DNA of 64,000 nt from an uncultured Planctomycetota bacterium (lineage in GTDB: Bacteria > Planctomycetota > Planctomycetia > Isosphaerales > Isosphaeraceae), in contig CAWJTV010000042.1 of NCBI GenBank assembly GCA_963845755.1, forward strand, positions 160,001 to 224,000, given 5' to 3'. Position 1 is the stretch's first letter, and each line of letters starts with the position of its first letter. A program made the position numbers and the translations under genes. Below, piece by piece: positions 23,768 to 33,888 of the stretch. The notes below the pieces were generated by a model. The model saw only the letters and a program-made list of their open reading frames with translations. It had not been told where the DNA came from and ran no database searches.

Positions 23768-24328
23768 TGCGATCTGGCATCGCTCCGACAATCCGGCCCA
23801 ACGGGAGATAGCATGCACGATTGGTGGTTTTTCTCGTTGTCAGGCAAGTCACATGGCATCATGAATGAGACGTGCCGCGTCATCGCGGGCGATGTTCCCG
23901 ACTCGGGGCACTGAACCTTGGCGAACCTCAGTGAGTGACGAACGCTTGGGACGCGATGACGAAGGCGACCTATTATTCAGGATGCCGCAACTTTGAAAAA
24001 ACGAGAACGCATTTCGGCCGAAATCGGCAGGATTTTCGAGTTAAGTCTTGATTTTACAAGGAGATAAAATTCTTCAAAATTTCTAGGTGTCGGTGGATTG
24101 TACGGGAGCGCGGTCGATCGACGCTCGAACCGGCTTGCGCAGGGTCACCGGCCGATACTCTCAAGGGCGCTTCGGGTTAGCTCGAGAGACGTCCGCGTCG
24201 AGTTGGGCGAAAGCCCTGTGTGGCGTGCGTTAGAGCAGGTCGAGGGACGTCCGTGTCCTTGCGGCGGATCAGCAAGCCGTTCCGCTCGACCATACTCATG
24301 CGGCTGCCCAGGCGCCGAAAGACCGGCG

Positions 24329-24718
24329 TCAACACTCATCGAGGTGATGGAGAATAGTACCAGTAGCCGGTGATCGTCCCCGGATTCGACGCCGGAAGCT
24401 GGTAGACGGGTTGAGGAGAATAGTACCAGTAACCTGTGATCGTCCCCGGATTCGACGCCGGAAGCTGGTAGACGGGTTGAGGAGAATAGTACCAGTAGCT
24501 TGGGGTCGTTCCCGGATTCGGCGCCAGAAGGTGGTAGGTAATCGGGAGGTTGGAGTATCCGCCATTACGACCTGGCCCAGAGTTCTGGTCACCAGCCGGG
24601 CGCCGGAGGAATAGAAGCGTACCTCTCGGTCATCGGCGTGGGCGGAAGCCCCAAGAATGCCGTTTGCCGTCGCCGCGACAACGGTAACGCAGACGAACGT
24701 TCGCAATTCTGAACGCAT
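24329..24718 (-). CDS. Small secreted protein with three 22-aa tandem repeats (probably YWYYSPQPVYQLPASNPGTITG after a frameshift near 24600)
   Basis: AGGAGG RBS, ATG 24718, signal peptide MRSELRTFVCVTVVAATANGILGASAHA; 66-bp tandem repeats at 24350-24548. Confidence 0.6.
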   Translation of the reverse strand: MRSELRTFVCVTVVAATANGILGASAHADDREVRFYSSGARLVTRTLGQVVMADTPTSRLPTTFWRRIRERPQATGTILLNPSTSFRRRIRGRSQVTGTILLNPSTSFRRRIRGRSPATGTILHHLDEC

Positions 24719-25473
24719 GACGAACCTCCTGGTCAGAAGCAGCTTGGTTTTATCCTTCGCGAAGATACGCCGCGGATTACCCCGAAGGGCCGGGCGTATG
24801 AACGGGCGCCACTTGATTTTTTCGATGAAAAGCGGCGAATTTCCTCCGCTCACCACCACCTCGGTGCCGTTGGTGTTCAGCGTGCGCCCTCCGGCGACCA
24901 CGAGGTGGGTGCCTTCGATCACGACCGCGACTCCGTCGTAGGTCGCGTGCAACTGCACGGACTCTCCCGACACTCCCTTCACACTGCACGCCCTGTGCCT
25001 GTTGGCGACTTCGTGACCATCGTTCGGATTGAGAACGCGCCTCGACGAATCATGGCCGCCTGTCCATGCCGCGCGGGATCTCCATGATCTGGTCGGGTTT
25101 GTCAACTTCACTGCGTTGGTTTGCATCCATGATGGCCTGTCGAGCCGAACGTACGAATGCCACCAACGCCGATAAGAGCCGCGCGACGTCACCACGGCCG
25201 TTCACAGTTGTGGCTGATCGCGATCCTGCGACGTGAGCGCACGCGAAAACTCGAGGAGTTCGAGCGCTTCACAGATGGGTTGCGCACGCAAACAGCGGAT
25301 CTTCTGCGGCCTGAAGGGCCGCCAGAGCCTATCCCGGGGTGAAAACCCGGGACTCGGTCGTACCGCCGCGACGGGTGCACCCTGACGGGGTGCTGGCGGG
25401 GGTCTCCTGCGGCCCTACAGGCCGCTCGGATGCGGGTTTGCTGTCGGACCCCGGGTTTCACCCGGGGCTGGAC

Positions 25474-27485
25474 TTCTATGACCCCAACAGAGTGGCATAT
25501 AGCCCGTTGATACCTGATACTGTCATCCCTCTGAGCCGCCTCAGAGGGCGTTGAACCCGACCCTGACGCCGGATTGCTGCTTGCATGGAGGTGATCGTCC
25601 TCGCGACGTCCTACCACGGAGAGCGGACATGACACGACGATCGGCCTTGGGACGGCACAGCCTCCGCATCCACCGGGAGTTCGTCCCCTCCCGCTGCCAG
25701 CTCCGCGCCCTGGCCTTGGCCTTCGAGCAGGCCCTCCCCATCATCCGGAGGCCGCTGACGACGCCGGCACGACCACAAATGTTCGTTGATTCTGATTTGA
25801 ATTCGTTCACACAACCAGGCCGTTCGGGGGCCCTCCGATGACCGAACCCATCGACCGCCGCGCCGCCTTGTACGCCAGGGTCTCCACCGAACAGCAGGCC
25901 CAAGAGGACACGATCGCCAGTCAACTCGATCTGTTGCGCCGGCGGATCCAGGCCGATGGCCTGACCGTCGCCCAGGAACTCCAATTCGCCGACGACGGTT
26001 ATTCGGGCGAGACCTTCCGGCGCCCCGCCCTGGAACGGTTGCGCGACACGGCCGCCGCCGGGGCGATCGACCGGATCTACATCGAGTGTCCCGACCGATT
26101 GGCACGGGATTACCCGTATCAGATGGTCGTGGTCGACGAGCTGCGCCGCCAGGGCGTCGAGGTCGTCTTCCTCAATCACGACCTCGATGAGAGCCCCGAG
26201 GGTCGACTGCTGTTGCAAGTCCAGGGGATCATCGCCGAATACGAGCGGGTCAAGGCCCGTGAGAAGTGTCGCCGCGGCCGGCTCTACGCGGCGCGGTCGG
26301 GCCAGGTCAGCGTCCTGGGCGGCGCGCCTTACGGATACCATTACCACACCAAGCAGGAGGGAGGTGGCGCGGCCCGGTATGTCGTCCAGTTCGCCGAGGC
26401 CCAGGTGGTCCGAGAGATCTTCACCTGGGTGGGGATCGAAGGATGTTCGCTCAGTCAGGTGTGCCGACGATTGCGAGAACGCGGGCTCCTTACCCGCACG
26501 GGCAAGGCGCATTGGGATCGGGCCACGGTCCTGGGCATGCTGCGCAACCCGGCTTACATGGGGACAGCCCACTTCAACAAGGTCCATTGCGTCCCGGCCC
26601 GTCCCCGGTTGCGCCCGCGTCGGGGAGTCCCCGAGTTTCCACGGCGACACACCGCCAAAGCGGCGACGCCCCCCGAGGACCAGATCCCGATCCCGGTGCC
26701 GGCGATCGTGGAGCCGGCCCTGTTCGAGGCCGTGCAGGAGCGGCTGGCGGAGCACCGCCGACATCCCGGCCAGGCGGCCCCCCGGCCGCGCCATCTGCTG
26801 GCGGGCTTGGTGGTGTGCCAGCGGTGTGGTTACGCGTATCGCGGTCGGGCCATGAAGAAGAAGGGAGGGAGTCGCTATGGCTATTACCGCTGTTATGGGG
26901 CGGAGGCCGAGTCCTTCGCCGGCCGGGCCCGGATCTGCGACAATCCGGCGATCCGGATCGAACGTCTGGACGAGGCGGTGTGGTCCGATGTGCGCGGGTT
27001 GTTGCTGGAGCCGGAGCGGTTGGCTGAGGAATTCGAGCGGCGGTTGAGTCGGGCGAACCGAGGCGAGGGGACGACTCAGTCGAGTCGGAGCCTGGACAAG
27101 TTGATCGGTCAGGTCCGCCGCAGGCTGGCGCGGCTGGTGGAGATGTACGCCGACGGATACATCGAGAAGGAGAAATTCCAGAGAGATATGGATATTTCTC
27201 GAACACGAATGTCAGAATTGGAGTCGGAGCGTCGGGCGATGGACCAGGAGGAACAGCAACGGGAGGAGTTACGGTTGGTGATGGGTCGGATCGAGGAATT
27301 CGGGCGCAGGTACGCGCCGGTTTGGATACCAGCGACGTGGCGACGCGTCGTCGGATCATTTGTGCACTGGTCAAGAAGGTCGAGATCGATGCCGAGGCGG
27401 TTCATATTGTGTATCGTGTGAGCCCTCGCCCTTTTGCCCAAACGGCCCCGACAGACGGTAACATGCCACACTGTTGGGGCCGTTC
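25474..27485 (+). mobile_element. Minimal large-serine-recombinase integrative element (~2 kb)
   Basis: 23-bp terminal inverted repeats at 25478-25500 (ATGACCCCAACAGAGTGGCATAT) and 27461-27483 (19/23 match); shared TTC at both junctions (25474-76, 27483-85); carries only a small ORF and the recombinase. Confidence 0.8.
25629..25841 (+). CDS. Small basic accessory protein of the recombinase element (possible directionality factor)
   Basis: GGAG RBS, 70 aa, ATGA overlap with the recombinase start. Confidence 0.55.
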   Translation: MTRRSALGRHSLRIHREFVPSRCQLRALALAFEQALPIIRRPLTTPARPQMFVDSDLNSFTQPGRSGALR

Positions 27486-27510
27486 CTGCGGCCTTTCAGG
27501 CCGCCGGTGA
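25838..27510 (+). CDS. Large serine recombinase (resolvase + recombinase + Zn-ribbon/coiled-coil); frameshift near 27303
   Basis: YARVSTEQQ catalytic Ser, DDGYSG, RPALERL, DRLAR, APYGY, CQRCG...YYRC; the tail RRRIICALVKKVEI...HCWGR needs one extra G at TTCGGGCG. Confidence 0.92.
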
Positions 27511-27674
27511 TCGGCTAGCCTCGTGTGTGCAACGCAAGCGTGATGCGCTCTAGCCCGTTCCTGCCGTCGTAGTGTTCCTGAATGAGGCTAGCGACACGAC
27601 CGTCGTAAACATATCCTCAAACGGAAGCGGCCGCAGTTCTGGGCCGGAGATCGCGTCGGAGGGCCCGGGCCGTC

Positions 27675-28262
27675 ATGTGCAAGAATCGCATCTTCGTCAG
27701 CGCGACCATCCGCGATCTGGGCAGCTATCGCGAGCTTGCCAGCAAGACCCTGCGCGAGCGCGGCCACGACGTCGACGATCGGGCCGTCTTCAACCTGACT
27801 TATCTCGAGATCGGCGAGAAGCTGAAAAGCCGGATCGCGGCGTGCGATGCCGTGGTCTGCCTGATCGGCTGGGTCTATGGCGGCGAGCCGTTGCAACGCC
27901 CGCCGGACCAACCTCGCCGGTCGTATACCCAGTGGGAGTATTTCCTCGCCCGGGAGCTCGGGAAACCGCTCTACCTCCTGTTGGCCGGCGAGACGACAGC
28001 GTTCGTCTCCGATCCGCGCGGACCGGAGAGCGACGACCTTCGGCAATTCCAGAAAGACTATCGCGCCGAGGTCATCCCCAAGCGGGACTGGCGGCCGTTC
28101 GCGAACAACGACCAGCTTCGCGCCGAGCTGGCCCTGCTCCGCTTCCCCTGGGAGATCCCTTCATTACCACACAAGCCCAACAACCTGCCGCTGATCTGTC
28201 GCCCCGTCGGGGCTCGCCGGAGGGGAGGGAGCCGAGGCGTGGCGAGTGGTCCCGGGGGTTGA
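27675..28262 (+). pseudogene. DUF4062-domain protein, apparently truncated after PHKPNNLP
   Basis: RIFVSATIRDL, CDAVVCLIGWVYG, SYTQWEYFLARELGKP; runs into palindromic repeat DNA at ~28196. Confidence 0.65.
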
Positions 28263-28298
28263 CATCCCTGGGCTTTGCGATCCCGTCCCGTTGGGACT
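28196..28298. repeat. REP-like hairpin cluster
   Basis: GCCCCGTCGGGGC; CCCGGGGGTTGACATCCCTGGG; GTCCCGTTGGGAC. Confidence 0.6.
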
Positions 28299-28379
28299 GG
28301 CCGGAGCGTCTCGGTCGGGAACCGGTCGATTCTTGGGTGGACTCTGATGCGCCTGTCGCCTTATGACGCCGGCAAGCAC

Positions 28380-28424
28380 GTAGGTCAGGCGTTCCAGCCT
28401 GACGGGATGGAAAGCCTGACCTAC
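28380..28424. repeat. GTAG-type REP palindrome, family B copy 1
   Basis: GTAGGTCAGGC...GCCTGACCTAC; second copy at 53146-53204. Confidence 0.8.
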
Positions 28425-28432
28425 ATGACGTG

Positions 28433-29424
28433 TCAGCGATCGATCGACTTCATCGCCTGCGCGTGGTACCGGTCTCCCGAGGCGACGCCCACCGGCAGGA
28501 TGGCATCGATCTGGGCCAGCTCTTCGGCCGTCAGGCGGACGGGGACCGCACCCAGGTTGTCATCGAGATACGTGACCCGCTTCGTGCCGGGGATCGGCAC
28601 GATGTCCTCCCCCTGGGCCAGCACCCAGGCGAGCGCGAGCTGGCTCGGCGTGCAGCCCTTGGCCGCGGCGAGCTGCTCGATCGTCTTGACCAGGTCGAGG
28701 TTCTTCGTGAAGTTCTCGCCGTGGAAGCGGGGCAGGTTGCGGCGGGCGTCGTCGGCCGGCAGGTCGTCGATCGATCGGATCTGGCCGGACAGAAATCCCC
28801 TCCCCAGCGGGCTGTAGGCCACAAAGCCGATCCCCAGCTCTCGCACGGCCGGCAGCACTTCGGTCTCGACCTCGCGGGTCCAGAGCGAGTACTCCGTTTG
28901 CAACGCCGCGATGGGGTGGATCCTCGCCGCGCGACGGATCGTCGCGGGGGCGGCCTCCGAGAGTCCCAGATGGCGGACCTTGCCGGTCGTCACCAGGTCG
29001 GCCATCGCCCCGACGGTTTCTTCGATCGGTGTCTTGGGATCGACCCGGTGCTGGTAGTAGAGGTCGATCGCCTCCACGCCCAGCCGCCGGAGACTCGCCT
29101 CGCAGCAATCCTTCACGTACCGCGCGTCGCCGCGGAGGCCCAGGAACTCGCCGCTCGCGCCGCGGACGTTGCCGAACTTGGTCGCCAGCACCACCCGGTC
29201 CCGGCGCCCTGGATCGCCTTGCCGACCAGGACCTCGTTGCGGCCCACGCCGTACATGTCGGCCGTGTCGAGGAAGTTGCCGCCGCTGTCGAGGTAGCGGT
29301 GGATGACGCGGATCGACTCGGCGTCGTCCATCTGTTTCGGGTCGTAGAACTCGCTCATGCCCATGCAGCCGAGGCCGATCGCCGAAACCTTCAGACCGCT
29401 CCGACCCAGTTCACGCTCGGTCAT
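28433..29424 (-). CDS. Aldo/keto reductase; frameshift near 29205
   Basis: [27 protein letters not shown], then [31 protein letters not shown]. Confidence 0.92.
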
Positions 29425-29973
29425 CGTCTTTCCTTTCCGTTGTCGAGACTCTCGCATCACCTCCGGGTCAGAAACCGCTTGTGTCCCCGCGCCGAAGGGG
29501 CCGCGACGATCCGGTGCAGGAAGGATATCGCGGCTTCGGCCGCTGGCTGACCGTCGGCCGCCGTCAGGCCGGAGCTGGGCTCGACGGCGACGCCAGAGAG
29601 CAAGGACTGGGTGCACGCGATGCTGTAATCATCCTCGGGATTCGGTTTCGGCAGGTCCTGGTTGCGCTCGGCGCCCGAGTTGTCCATGCCTGAAGCTTCC
29701 GGAAGTTGCGTGAAATCGTGTGGACAGCCTCCCAGCACAGGGAAGTCTCCGGCGGCCCAAGCGACGCGGCGCAGTTGACCGGATTATCACATCCCAAGGT
29801 CAGACGTCGCAACTCTCACTATGGAAAAGTGGAGATCAGTGGGGTGGATTCGCATCGGCCCTGGGGTTTGCGCCTCTCAGTCGCCTGGCTCCCTAGACTT
29901 GTCCGGACGGCGTGAACCCGTTACTTTGGCAGGATCGGGTGGCGTGTCGGCAGATCGCAAAGGAACTGGATCG

Positions 29974-31811
29974 ATGATCACACCGGAGGAAGCGGCCGAT
30001 CGGCTCGGCCAGGCCGAATCGGCGGGCCACATTTCCCCGTCGGCGTTGAACAACATCCGGCGATGGCTGACGGAGGCCCCGTTCGCCAAGTACCGTCCCC
30101 AACTCCTGGAAGACATGACGCAGGGCCGGTGGGCCGAGCTGGACGAGGCGTTCTTCACCGTGCTCGAATTCGGCACGGGAGGCCGCCGCGGCAAGATGTA
30201 CCCCGTGGGGACGAACGTCCTCAACGCGCGGACGATCGCCGAAAGCGCGCGCGGCCTGGCCGACTACGTGACGTCGCAGAAAGGCGAGGGCTCGCGCCGG
30301 ACCTGCGTCATTGCCCGCGATACTCGTCACCATTCCGCCGGGTTCGCCGAGCTCTGTGCCTCGGTGCTCGCGGCCGCCGGTTTCCACGTGATCCTGTTCC
30401 GGGATTACCGTTCCACGCCGCTCCTCTCCTTCGCCGTGCGCCACCTGCACTGCGACGCCGGAATCATGATCACCGCGTCGCATAATCCGCCGTCGGACAA
30501 TGGATTCAAGTGCTATTCCGCCACCGGCGGCCAGGTCATCCCGCCCGACGACCTCGGCATCATCGACTGCGTGAAGGCCGCCTCCGATCGCGAGATCCCG
30601 GAGAAGCCGCTCGCGGCGGGCCTGGCGGACGGCTCGATCGTCTGGGCGAGTCCCGAACTGGACGCCGCCTACTTGACCTCCGTCGAGAGCGCGTCGGTCA
30701 GCCACGCGCGAGACCTGTCGATCGTGTACACGCCGCTCCATGGCGTCGGCGAGACGTCGGTGGCCGCCGCGCTGCGGATTGCGGGCTTTGCCGACGTCCA
30801 CATCCTCGAATCCCAGCGCACACCCGACGGCGACTTTCCCAATGTACCCGACCACGTCGCCAACCCCGAGTATCCCCGGACGCTCGAGGCCGCGATCCGC
30901 GAAGCCAGGAATCGGGCGCGGACCTCGTGCTGGCCAGCGATCCGGACGCCGACCGCATCGGTGTCGGCGTCCCGGTCACCGGCGATCCGAAGGGCGACTG
31001 GACGACCCTCGACGGCAACCAGATCGGTGTCCTCCTGGCCGCCTTCGTGATGAAGGAATGCGAGTATCACGGCTGGCTTCGGTCCGACCACTATCTGGTC
31101 ACGACCCTGGTCTCGACCGAGATGGCCCGCGCCCTGGCCCATCGCGAGGGGATCCATGTCGAGGACGACTTGCTCGTGGGCTTCAAGTGGATCGCCAACC
31201 GAATCGAGGAAGCCGGGCCCGCCAGTTTCTTGTTCGCCTTCGAGGAGTCGCACGGCTACCTCCGAGGGACCGACGTGCGCGACAAGGACGCGGGCGTGGC
31301 CTCGCTGCTCTTCGCCGAGTTCGCCGCCACCGTCAAGGACCGGAAGCAGACTGTCCTGGAATACCTCGATGATCTGTACATCGACGTGGGACACTATGCC
31401 GAGCGGCTGGTCAGCAAGACCTACGAAGGCCGAGAGGGCCACGCCAAGATTCAGACGTTGATGGAGGCGTTTCGCAACCGTCCGCCTGGCAAGCTCGGCG
31501 GGTTGACCCTCGTTGACGTGAGCGACTACCAGGCGCATGAGATCCGCTCGTTGAACGGGACTGGTCCAACCCGGCCTCTGCCGCAGCCTTCCGGCGACCT
31601 GCTCATTTTCCACGCCGATCGGCCCGGCTGCCGATTCGCCGCGCGGCCTTCGGGAACCGAGCCGAAGATCAAGTTCTATCTCTTCGCCCGGACCCCCGTG
31701 GAAGGCCCCGACCATCTGCCCGCCGCGAAGGAGCAAACGCGACGCGTCCTAGATGCGATGTCGTCCGACCTGGAGCGCTATGTCGAGGAAGCGCTGAAGG
31801 GATCGTCGTGA
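29974..31811 (+). CDS. Phosphoglucomutase/phosphomannomutase family protein; frameshift near 30910
   Basis: FGTGGRRG, ITASHNP phosphoserine loop, DPDADR metal loop, FEESHG, RPSGTEPKIKFY. Confidence 0.92.
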
Positions 31812-31863
31812 AGCCGGCCGATGGGGTGGATCCGATTCGGAGGGTATCTCGTCGGTACGATTC

Positions 31864-31929
31864 GTAGAGTGGGTGAAACCCACCGAATCTTCTCGGACTG
31901 AACAGGTCGGTGGATTTCACTCACGCTAC
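31864..31929. repeat. GTAG-type REP palindrome between convergent genes
   Basis: GTAGAGTGGGTGAAACCCACCGA...TCGGTGGATTTCACTCACGCTAC. Confidence 0.7.
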
Positions 31930-32441
31930 TGGGTTAGGGTCTTGGCCCCGGTCAACTTCGCGGTTTCGTCCCGCAGCGTCTGGATGCTCCGCTCGAAATA
32001 ATCCTGGATCACTGCCAGCTCGTCGGCATTGTACCGGCGGCTCAGATCGGCCATCGCGCGCCCGAGCGAGGCGAAGATCGGCGTGACCGCGTCGCGAAGG
32101 TCGTCGTTCCGGAGCGGTTGGATGATGACGCTACGGCGGTCCCGCGGGTTGGGTTCTCGTCGCACGTAGCCGGCTCTCTCGAGGCGGTCAACGATGCCGG
32201 TGATCGCGCCGGTCGTGAATCCGGATCGCTCCGCCAGACGGCCCGCCGTAGCCGGCCCGTGTTGCGATAACAGGCCCAGGCACTTCCATTCGGCGGCGCT
32301 CATCCTCAATCGCGAAGCGACCGCTTCGTGAAACAGGATCACTGCCGTGCTGAGCTCCCGCCCCAGCATCTCCCCCAGGTTCAATGTAGCCGGCAAGACC
32401 GGCCGCGCGGAGTCAACTCTGGACAATTTTGTCTTGCGCAT
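31926..32441 (-). CDS. MarR family transcriptional regulator
   Basis: TAGRLAERSGFTTGAITGIVDRLERAGYVRREPNPRDRRSVII. Confidence 0.92.
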   Translation of the reverse strand: MRKTKLSRVDSARPVLPATLNLGEMLGRELSTAVILFHEAVASRLRMSAAEWKCLGLLSQHGPATAGRLAERSGFTTGAITGIVDRLERAGYVRREPNPRDRRSVIIQPLRNDDLRDAVTPIFASLGRAMADLSRRYNADELAVIQDYFERSIQTLRDETAKLTGAKTLTQ

Positions 32442-32495
32442 GAGATACTTATCCGCGAGATACTGATCCCTGAAGCTTTCATTCTAGGAACCGAG

Positions 32496-33518
32496 ATGGA
32501 CTTTGGTAAAGATTCCGCCTGGCAGCGTGTGGCCCCGTCAGTGACCTTGCTCGTTCTGGCGCCGATTGTTTCCGAGGTACTCTTCGGGGCGACGCGGCTC
32601 AGCGTGATCTTCGTACTCATCCCGCAAATCGCCATCTGGGGTTGCGGCACCCTGTTGATTCGCGAGGGCGTGACGCGATGGCGGCGTAGCTGGGTCAGTC
32701 TGTTGCTCCTGGGGATGGCCCTGGCGATCGCCGAGGAATGCGTCATCCAGCAGACGTCCATCGCTCCGATGGTCGGACTGGCCGAGCAGGAGTATGGGCG
32801 CGCCTGGGGTGTGAACTGGGTTTACTTCATCTGGGCGCTGGGTTACGAGAGCGTCTGGGTGGTGGTGCTGCCTATCCAACTCACGGAGTTGCTGTTCACG
32901 GACCGGCGCCACGAGTCCTGGATCGGCCGGCGCGGTCTCATCCCGGCAGTGGTGTCGTTCATGTTCGGCTCGTTTATCGCCTGGTATGCCTGGACCCAGC
33001 GCACGCGGACCAAAGTCTTCCACATGCCCGAATACCAGCCTCCTTTGGAGTATATTCTGCTCGCGGTCGTGGCCATCGTGCTGCTGGTGACAGCCGCCTT
33101 CAGCCGATGGACCTCGCCACGCCCCAGACGGGAGGAATCGGCGCCGCGGCCGTGGTTCGTCGGGCTCACCGCTCTCCTGTTCGGGTTCCCGTGGTGTCTC
33201 CTTGTCTTACTGGCCTTCGGTTATCTACCGACGATCCCGTTCGCATTTCCCATGATCGCCGCGATTGGCTGGGTGGGAGCCGTGTTCTGGCTGATCTCGC
33301 GCTGGACGTCTCGCCAGGACTGGAACGACACGCATCGATTTGCCGTGGTCTTCGGAGGAGTGGGTGCCTGCATGGTGGCTGGGTTCATTGTCTTTCGCGT
33401 CGGCGGTGCCCTGCCCATCGACTGGGTGGGAAAGGCGGTCCTCAACCTGCTCGCCAGCTACTTGATGGCTGGTCTGGGCCGGCGCCTCTGGTGCCAACAA
33501 GTTTCTACGCTGGTATGA
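32496..33518 (+). CDS. Multi-pass membrane protein, divergent from marR
   Basis: About 9-10 hydrophobic segments; LAIAEECVIQQT motif. Confidence 0.75.
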   Translation: MDFGKDSAWQRVAPSVTLLVLAPIVSEVLFGATRLSVIFVLIPQIAIWGCGTLLIREGVTRWRRSWVSLLLLGMALAIAEECVIQQTSIAPMVGLAEQEYGRAWGVNWVYFIWALGYESVWVVVLPIQLTELLFTDRRHESWIGRRGLIPAVVSFMFGSFIAWYAWTQRTRTKVFHMPEYQPPLEYILLAVVAIVLLVTAAFSRWTSPRPRREESAPRPWFVGLTALLFGFPWCLLVLLAFGYLPTIPFAFPMIAAIGWVGAVFWLISRWTSRQDWNDTHRFAVVFGGVGACMVAGFIVFRVGGALPIDWVGKAVLNLLASYLMAGLGRRLWCQQVSTLV

Positions 33519-33582
33519 GTCGGCCCTATTGAGAGTCGCAAGAAGGTCAGACGAGCCTGGAATCGTCGGTCCTGAGTTTGAG

Positions 33583-33853
33583 GTCAGGTACCGCCCGCTG
33601 AAGCAGGCGGCTTGTAAGCAACCTCCACCTCAGTTCTCGTTTCTCTTGCGAGGAACAAGCTTTGGCTTCAACGGTCCCTACGATAGGCGCCCTGACACGG
33701 GTCCATCCTGTGCGCCCTGAGCGTGACGACCGGCGGTTAACCGTTTCCCCAAAGGGGTGCCTTTCCGGTGCCTGGGCTCGTGGTCGGCCGGTCTTTTACG
33801 GAGGCCTTTTCCCGCCAACACGGCATCCACCTTGCCGAAGACCGGTTCCAACA
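33583..33853 (-). ncRNA. Candidate omegaRNA/reRNA-like structured RNA (~270 nt)
   Basis: Helices CCGGTCTT/AAGACCGG, CGGCA/TGCCG, CCCC-TTT-GGGG, CTC-GCAA-GAG, GCTTGT/ACAAGC; internal GTCAGG complementary to the terminal CCTGAC. Confidence 0.55.
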
Positions 33854-33859
33854 GGGAAC

Positions 33860-33888
33860 AGATTACCAGGTTCGGTCTGACTTTACAA
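33860..33888 (-). promoter_or_regulatory. Sigma70-type promoter inside the IS605-like element
   Basis: TTGTAA-17 bp-TAATCT with an extended -10 TG. Confidence 0.6.

Larger units (their letters stand above)
25261..27553. repeat. Large palindromic REP/MITE-like element, split by the recombinase element
   Basis: Left arm GAGCGCTTCAC...GTTGCGCAC...GCGGCCTGAAGGGCCGC...CCCGGGGTGAAAACCCGGG (25262-25351) is the inverse of CCCGGGTTTCACCCGGGGCTGGAC (25450-25473) joined to CTGCGGCCTTTCAGGCCGC...GTGCAACGCAAGCGTGATGCGCTCTAG (27486-27553). Confidence 0.7.

Noticed and set aside
24350..24548. 66-bp periodic repeat as a CRISPR array
   Set aside because: The units are contiguous near-identical copies with no unique spacers, the variation is codon-synonymous, and there are no cas genes in the window.
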